NCBI GenBank assembly: GCA_010909165.1
Contig: MU008173.1
Span: forward strand, 1,240,001-1,304,000
Source of the DNA: Anthoceros angustus
Taxonomy: Eukaryota; Plantae; Anthocerotophyta
Direction of reading: 5' to 3'
Length of the DNA stretch: 64,000 nt
The notes beneath the pieces are model-generated. The model was not told the DNA's origin. It was given only the letters and a program-made list of their open reading frames with translations, and did not search any database. Made by a program: the position numbers and the translations under genes. Below are positions 59,852 through 64,000 of the stretch, piece by piece (the stretch's first letter is position 1; the number at the start of each line of letters is the position of its first letter).

Positions 59852-60876
59852 TAGTTAGTGCAGCATACATTCTGCTATTATGACCACGTACCTTTACTCA
59901 AAAGAACGTTTTGATTTGTCCTATTATATTGAATAGAAGCAAAGTGATAACAATTTGCAGCCTACGTTGAACATCCTCAACCATGTACAAAAAAATGCTA
60001 TTACTATTGTGAGGCATGTGAGAGTTCAAACTTTTATTATAAGAAGTGTATTCTACAACACTATGCAAATCACAAACACACGCAGATATAATAGATAGCG
60101 GATGAGTAGGTTGTAAGAGGTTGTTAAAAACTAGGTACGTGTATAAAAGAATCAACGTTAAACATGACAATAGATAAAATTGTAAAAGTGACTATAAATT
60201 TCTTAGAACAGAAAAGACATCAAAATTGAAGACAGAGTTTGGGTTTAACACAATGTTTATGTTGTGGCCATAAAATGTTTGGCGTGAAATGGTAACATTG
60301 TAGCATCAAATGCTATATTAATGTACAGACCCTAAAAGCCCTTTATTGCATTGATTCCATGTGAAATATATTTACCAACTAAATATTCCGAAGGCGAAAA
60401 TTTTGGAGGAAATTACTTGACCTGCAGTGTAATAAAGGTATCAAGAGAAAGTGAAGACATTAATAAACAAGAAGGATCATATGTTGATGAACAACTTAGA
60501 GGAGTAGTTCTGATGTGTTGGGTGGGAGTGATAGAAATCTATAAAATTGTTATAACATATATCATATTAAGATTTTTTTTCAAAAAAATTAGAAGTATAT
60601 ATATTGATAATACTTAGATCAGAATAGAATTCGAGATAATGCCAAGCCCAAGTGCTATATATGTACTAGGTATTACTGCACATAATGTACATATTGAACG
60701 TGAGATTTATTATTTTCCCAAAGAGAAGCCAGGACAGGTAGTCTGACTACCTATTGAAGTCAATTAGGGCTTCGGCCTTCACAACCGCGTCCACGGTGAG
60801 TGTGGCTGTCGGCACTTCCTAAGTCCTCAGTCCATGAACAGCATTTTACTGAGGTCGGCACGCACCAAACGTGGAC

Positions 60877-61216
60877 ATGTCGCCGCAGTCTTCTCGTCGA
60901 ATTGGGAGGAAGGTTGCGGACGTAGCTTACAAGGGTGTGACGGCGGGCCTTGGGGTCTGTACTGTTTTTTTCTTCGGAAATCTCATGTTCAACGTCGGCC
61001 GAGGCCTAGCTTGGCACATGTCTCAAGCTGTATGTGGTGCTCTTCGCTGTGGCTCTTGGATTTGAGTGAGGCTTATGTTTGGGCTTTGGCGTTCTGCACC
61101 TTTTGGATAGCTGTAGGCCACACTGGAAGAAGCTTCTGATTTACTGTTGGCATGTGCAGAGGGAGCAAGAGCAAGAGGCCGCGGCGCAGCAGAGTTCCCA
61201 GCGTGGTTCGCAGTAG
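60877..61216 (+). CDS. COX14-like cytochrome c oxidase assembly factor (69 aa, 2 exons)
   Basis: Exon 1 60877-61029 MSPQSSRRIGRKVADVAYKGVTAGLGVCTVFFFGNLMFNVGRGLAWHMSQA|gtatgt. Exon 2 61160-61216 REQEQEAAAQQSSQRGSQ*. The GxxxADxxYK motif, single TM helix and Q/E tail match the COX14 pattern as remembered from the animal protein. Confidence 0.7.
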
Positions 61217-61228
61217 GGTTTAGGGTTT
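61214..61228. promoter_or_regulatory. Double telo-box (TAGGGTTTAGGGTTT, reverse complement AAACCCTAAACCCTA)
   Basis: Directly visible. Telo-boxes are typical near the 5' ends of plant ribosome-biogenesis and translation genes. Confidence 0.65.
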
Positions 61229-62557
61229 ATGGTATATAGGCCTGCTGAGGGGGAGGCTGACGCTCCAAGGTTGCAGCGGCAGTTTGCAGCTTCGCTGAGG
61301 CCGGAAGACTTTGGGATGGATGATGTAGAAAGTCCAAAACAAGCTGTGAAACGAGAAGGTGAAAAGGGAAAGAAGAAGAAGAAGAAGGCCGAATGTAGTG
61401 AGCAAGGGAAGGAGGTGAAACAAGCGGTTGGCAGTGAGATGGCGGAGGAACGAATTGTGAAAGATGATAGCTTGTCGTGGAAGGAGGAGGAAATGAAGGT
61501 TGTCATGGGTGATGCTCCGGAGTTGCTAGGCCTTCTTGATGAGCTGAAGGGATCTCTTGAGGAGTTGGAGCAGAAGGTAATCTCTCTTGAAGAGAGAATG
61601 CGATCCGGTGGACTTCCTACAAAAGATGGCTTGAGCTATTTGGAGGTGAAGCATCTGCTTCTGTTGAGCTACAGTCAGGCCATTGTGTTCTATCTGCTGC
61701 TCAAGGCTGAAGGTCGGTCTGTAAGGGATCACCCTGTGATTCCACGTCTTGTCGAGTTGCGTTTGTTCATGGAGAAGATGCGTCCTCTGGACAAGAAGCT
61801 TGAGTACCAAGTCGAGAAGCTCCTTAAGTCTACTGAGCTGAGCAATGGTTCCGAGGGTGTGAAGGATAAGGATGCGTTGAAGTACAGACCTAATCCCAGT
61901 TTACTCGTGCCTAAAGTTGACACAGACACTAAAGAAGCCGGAGGTGTGTATCGTCCGCCTATGCTAGCTCCAACTGCCATGAAGGAAGACATGAGGCCCG
62001 CTGACAAAAGGTCTAGGGATCGGGCAGAAAAGGAAGTCCGCCGTAGGGCAGCACGCAGTTCATTTGTGAAGGAGCTTGCGGACGACTTGGAGGGTAGACC
62101 TGAAGAATTGAGGTTCCCTCAGTTCTTCATCGGGGCTGAAAGTAAGGAACTGAATAGAGAGCGGGAGAAACTGGAGGCTCGTGCTAGGCAAGAGGAAGAT
62201 TTGTTTGCTAGAGTTCCTCTCTCTAAAGCCGAAAGGACGAAGCTGAAGCACATGAAGAGATCAAGGAGTGGCCTGATGGGCATGTTTGATGACTTTGATG
62301 ATGGAGTCGCGGATCTGGTGGAGATGGAGGACGGAAAGGCAAGGAAGGGTGTGGGCGGGCCGCCTGATGACTTGTTGCGGTCTCGAAAGAGTTCACAATT
62401 TATTGCTGAATCAGGTCGTGCTTCTAAGAAGCAAAGGGTGGCTTCTCATGCTGCTGTCCTACCGGTTAAGGATGATACTGGGGAGAGACGGAACACGCAT
62501 GACATCCAGAAGGCTTCTAGGAAGCAGGTACCGAGGAGAAAGGGCAGACGATCCTGA
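61229..62557 (+). CDS. Neuroguidin/Lcp5-like protein of the Sas10/Utp3/C1D family (SSU processome), intronless
   Basis: DGLSYLEVKHLLLLSY...HPVIPRLVELRLFMEKMRPLDKKLEYQVEKLL, LKYRPNP, GVYRPP, RPEE, EEDLFARVP. Confidence 0.9.
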   Translation: MVYRPAEGEADAPRLQRQFAASLRPEDFGMDDVESPKQAVKREGEKGKKKKKKAECSEQGKEVKQAVGSEMAEERIVKDDSLSWKEEEMKVVMGDAPELLGLLDELKGSLEELEQKVISLEERMRSGGLPTKDGLSYLEVKHLLLLSYSQAIVFYLLLKAEGRSVRDHPVIPRLVELRLFMEKMRPLDKKLEYQVEKLLKSTELSNGSEGVKDKDALKYRPNPSLLVPKVDTDTKEAGGVYRPPMLAPTAMKEDMRPADKRSRDRAEKEVRRRAARSSFVKELADDLEGRPEELRFPQFFIGAESKELNREREKLEARARQEEDLFARVPLSKAERTKLKHMKRSRSGLMGMFDDFDDGVADLVEMEDGKARKGVGGPPDDLLRSRKSSQFIAESGRASKKQRVASHAAVLPVKDDTGERRNTHDIQKASRKQVPRRKGRRS

Positions 62558-64000
62558 GGACTTGATAAGGCCTGATGAGGACAATTTCTACCTACAGGCC
62601 AAAGACCTGCAGGCGTTCAAGAAGGCTGCAAAGTCTGCCAAGTACCTCCAGGGAGCAAACATTGACTTCGGCCGAGGAAGATGTCGAAGGTGAAAGAAAA
62701 AATCAAGGCAGATGGAGAAGAAAATTAAGTCTATCAGTTTTATGCTACCGTTTGATTAATGTGCTGCAAGCAAACGTCGTCCATTGTTAGAAACGTCTTG
62801 TCAAATATATGAACCTGCTTCATTGATTATTTTTCAATTAAAAAAGTTCCCTAAAACCCTTTTGCAAGTTCTTTCCTTTGACACCGCTCATGCTCCTATC
62901 GGCGCTCATGCTCATCCAGTATGCCGCAAGAACCACGGTTAGAAATGCTTTAACTGATTCTTTCGCTTCCTGGCTTGATTCTTTGGGTGAAATGAAATTA
63001 ATTTGCTTTGAGCCCAAAAAACATTAGGCCAAGTTTCTCGGTGACCCTTGAGTTTCCGCCCAAAAGATAATATTTTACTGTAGACTTTTTAATTTTTATT
63101 TAGGCTAGAAACTAACTCAAAGTCAGTTCCATGATCCTTATGTAGTTAAGAATTATCTTATAACTTGTTAAGGCAAAACCCTTAAACTTTCAATACCAGG
63201 ACTTCCCTTAGCTTTTCAACCTTCTAGCTTCAACCTAGAAAAAAAATGTTTCCCATCTAATAAACATCCTTACGACTCAATGTCACAATCACAAACTAAA
63301 TAGAGGAAGACACAACTGAAGAGTCCTACGAAGAGTTTGAGGGAACGTATGAAAATTCAAAGATTTTTAAGCAAATGCACACAACTTTAGAGTTTTTCAC
63401 ATGTTTTGATTTGTTTTTGGGAAAGTGATGGAGGGTTAACTTTATTGGATTACATATATAATATATAAAGATATTACAAATAGCTCATCTCATGCCTTGC
63501 ATCGTTCTTGCAGTGCTCTCGATTAAGCTGTCGACTTCTCATGTAGAGCATTATGAAATACTAGTAGTAGTTGTTGGCACACGCAAGTTCTTTTCATAGC
63601 TGTTCTGCTACGTGTAGTGTGAATTGAACCTTAACACTGCAAACGGTGGCCGTGTGGCAGATTTGTCTGTGCATTCTATGATCCCTGCCACTCCAATAAA
63701 ATTCCAGGATGGCCTCTTCGAAATTTCCTTGCCCTGGCTGTCCAACCGTGGCAACCGACGGACCTGCAAGTGCTGACCTGGGCGCTGTACTCGACCCTGT
63801 CAAGCGAGTTCCATGGGTGCATGTCAATTGATCTTTTTGGCAGTATCCTCAGTCTGAGGGAATCTTACCGCTCTCAGGCTAGCTTCATCAGATGCTGATC
63901 TCAACTCTACGCTTGCTCCTGAGATACCTGAGAATTGACAAGACCTGGAGTGTATTATGTTTGCTCTTGTGCAAAGGCCTCTGCAAGCGACACGTACAAG

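Noticed and set aside
61214-61216. U-to-C editing of the TAG to fuse the COX14-like and neuroguidin ORFs
   Set aside because: PPR-mediated stop-codon removal is established only for organellar transcripts; this locus is nuclear.

Overview
Eukaryotic nuclear DNA from a gene-dense land-plant genome with short GT-AG introns (about 55-200 nt) and GC-rich exons. A hornwort such as Anthoceros is the best inference, because of the compact layout plus a PPR protein with a DYW:KP-type deaminase domain. About 20 protein-coding genes are supported: a kinase-less L-type lectin receptor, a CNNM/DUF21-CBS protein, an orphan intronless ORF, OST48, a small membrane protein, SWEET, U2AF65, an aldo-keto reductase, a small Cys-rich secreted peptide, an ORTHRUS/VIM-like PHD-RING-SRA-RING protein, a 2OG-Fe(II) dioxygenase, a PLS-PPR DYW:KP protein, a divergent intronless double-AP2 gene, an RFC small subunit, an amidohydrolase, a remorin, a GONST3/4-type transporter, a Myb/SANT (trihelix-like) protein, a COX14-like protein and a neuroguidin/Sas10-family protein. 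AT-rich repeat islands lie at about 37.4-43.6, 48-49, 59-60.7 and 62.8-63.5 kb. The strongest observations are: (1) a tandem pair of homologous 89-nt exons in U2AF65 RRM2 that look mutually exclusive; (2) a COX14-like gene whose stop is 12 nt, in frame, from the neuroguidin ATG, with the gap made of telo-box repeats (possible dicistronic or fusion unit); (3) a candidate U-to-C editing factor; (4) a VIM with a remodelled 5mC pocket; (5) a retro-like divergent AP2 gene next to tRNA-Trp-derived repeats. Exon boundaries were read by eye and homologies come from remembered family motifs; no searches were run.
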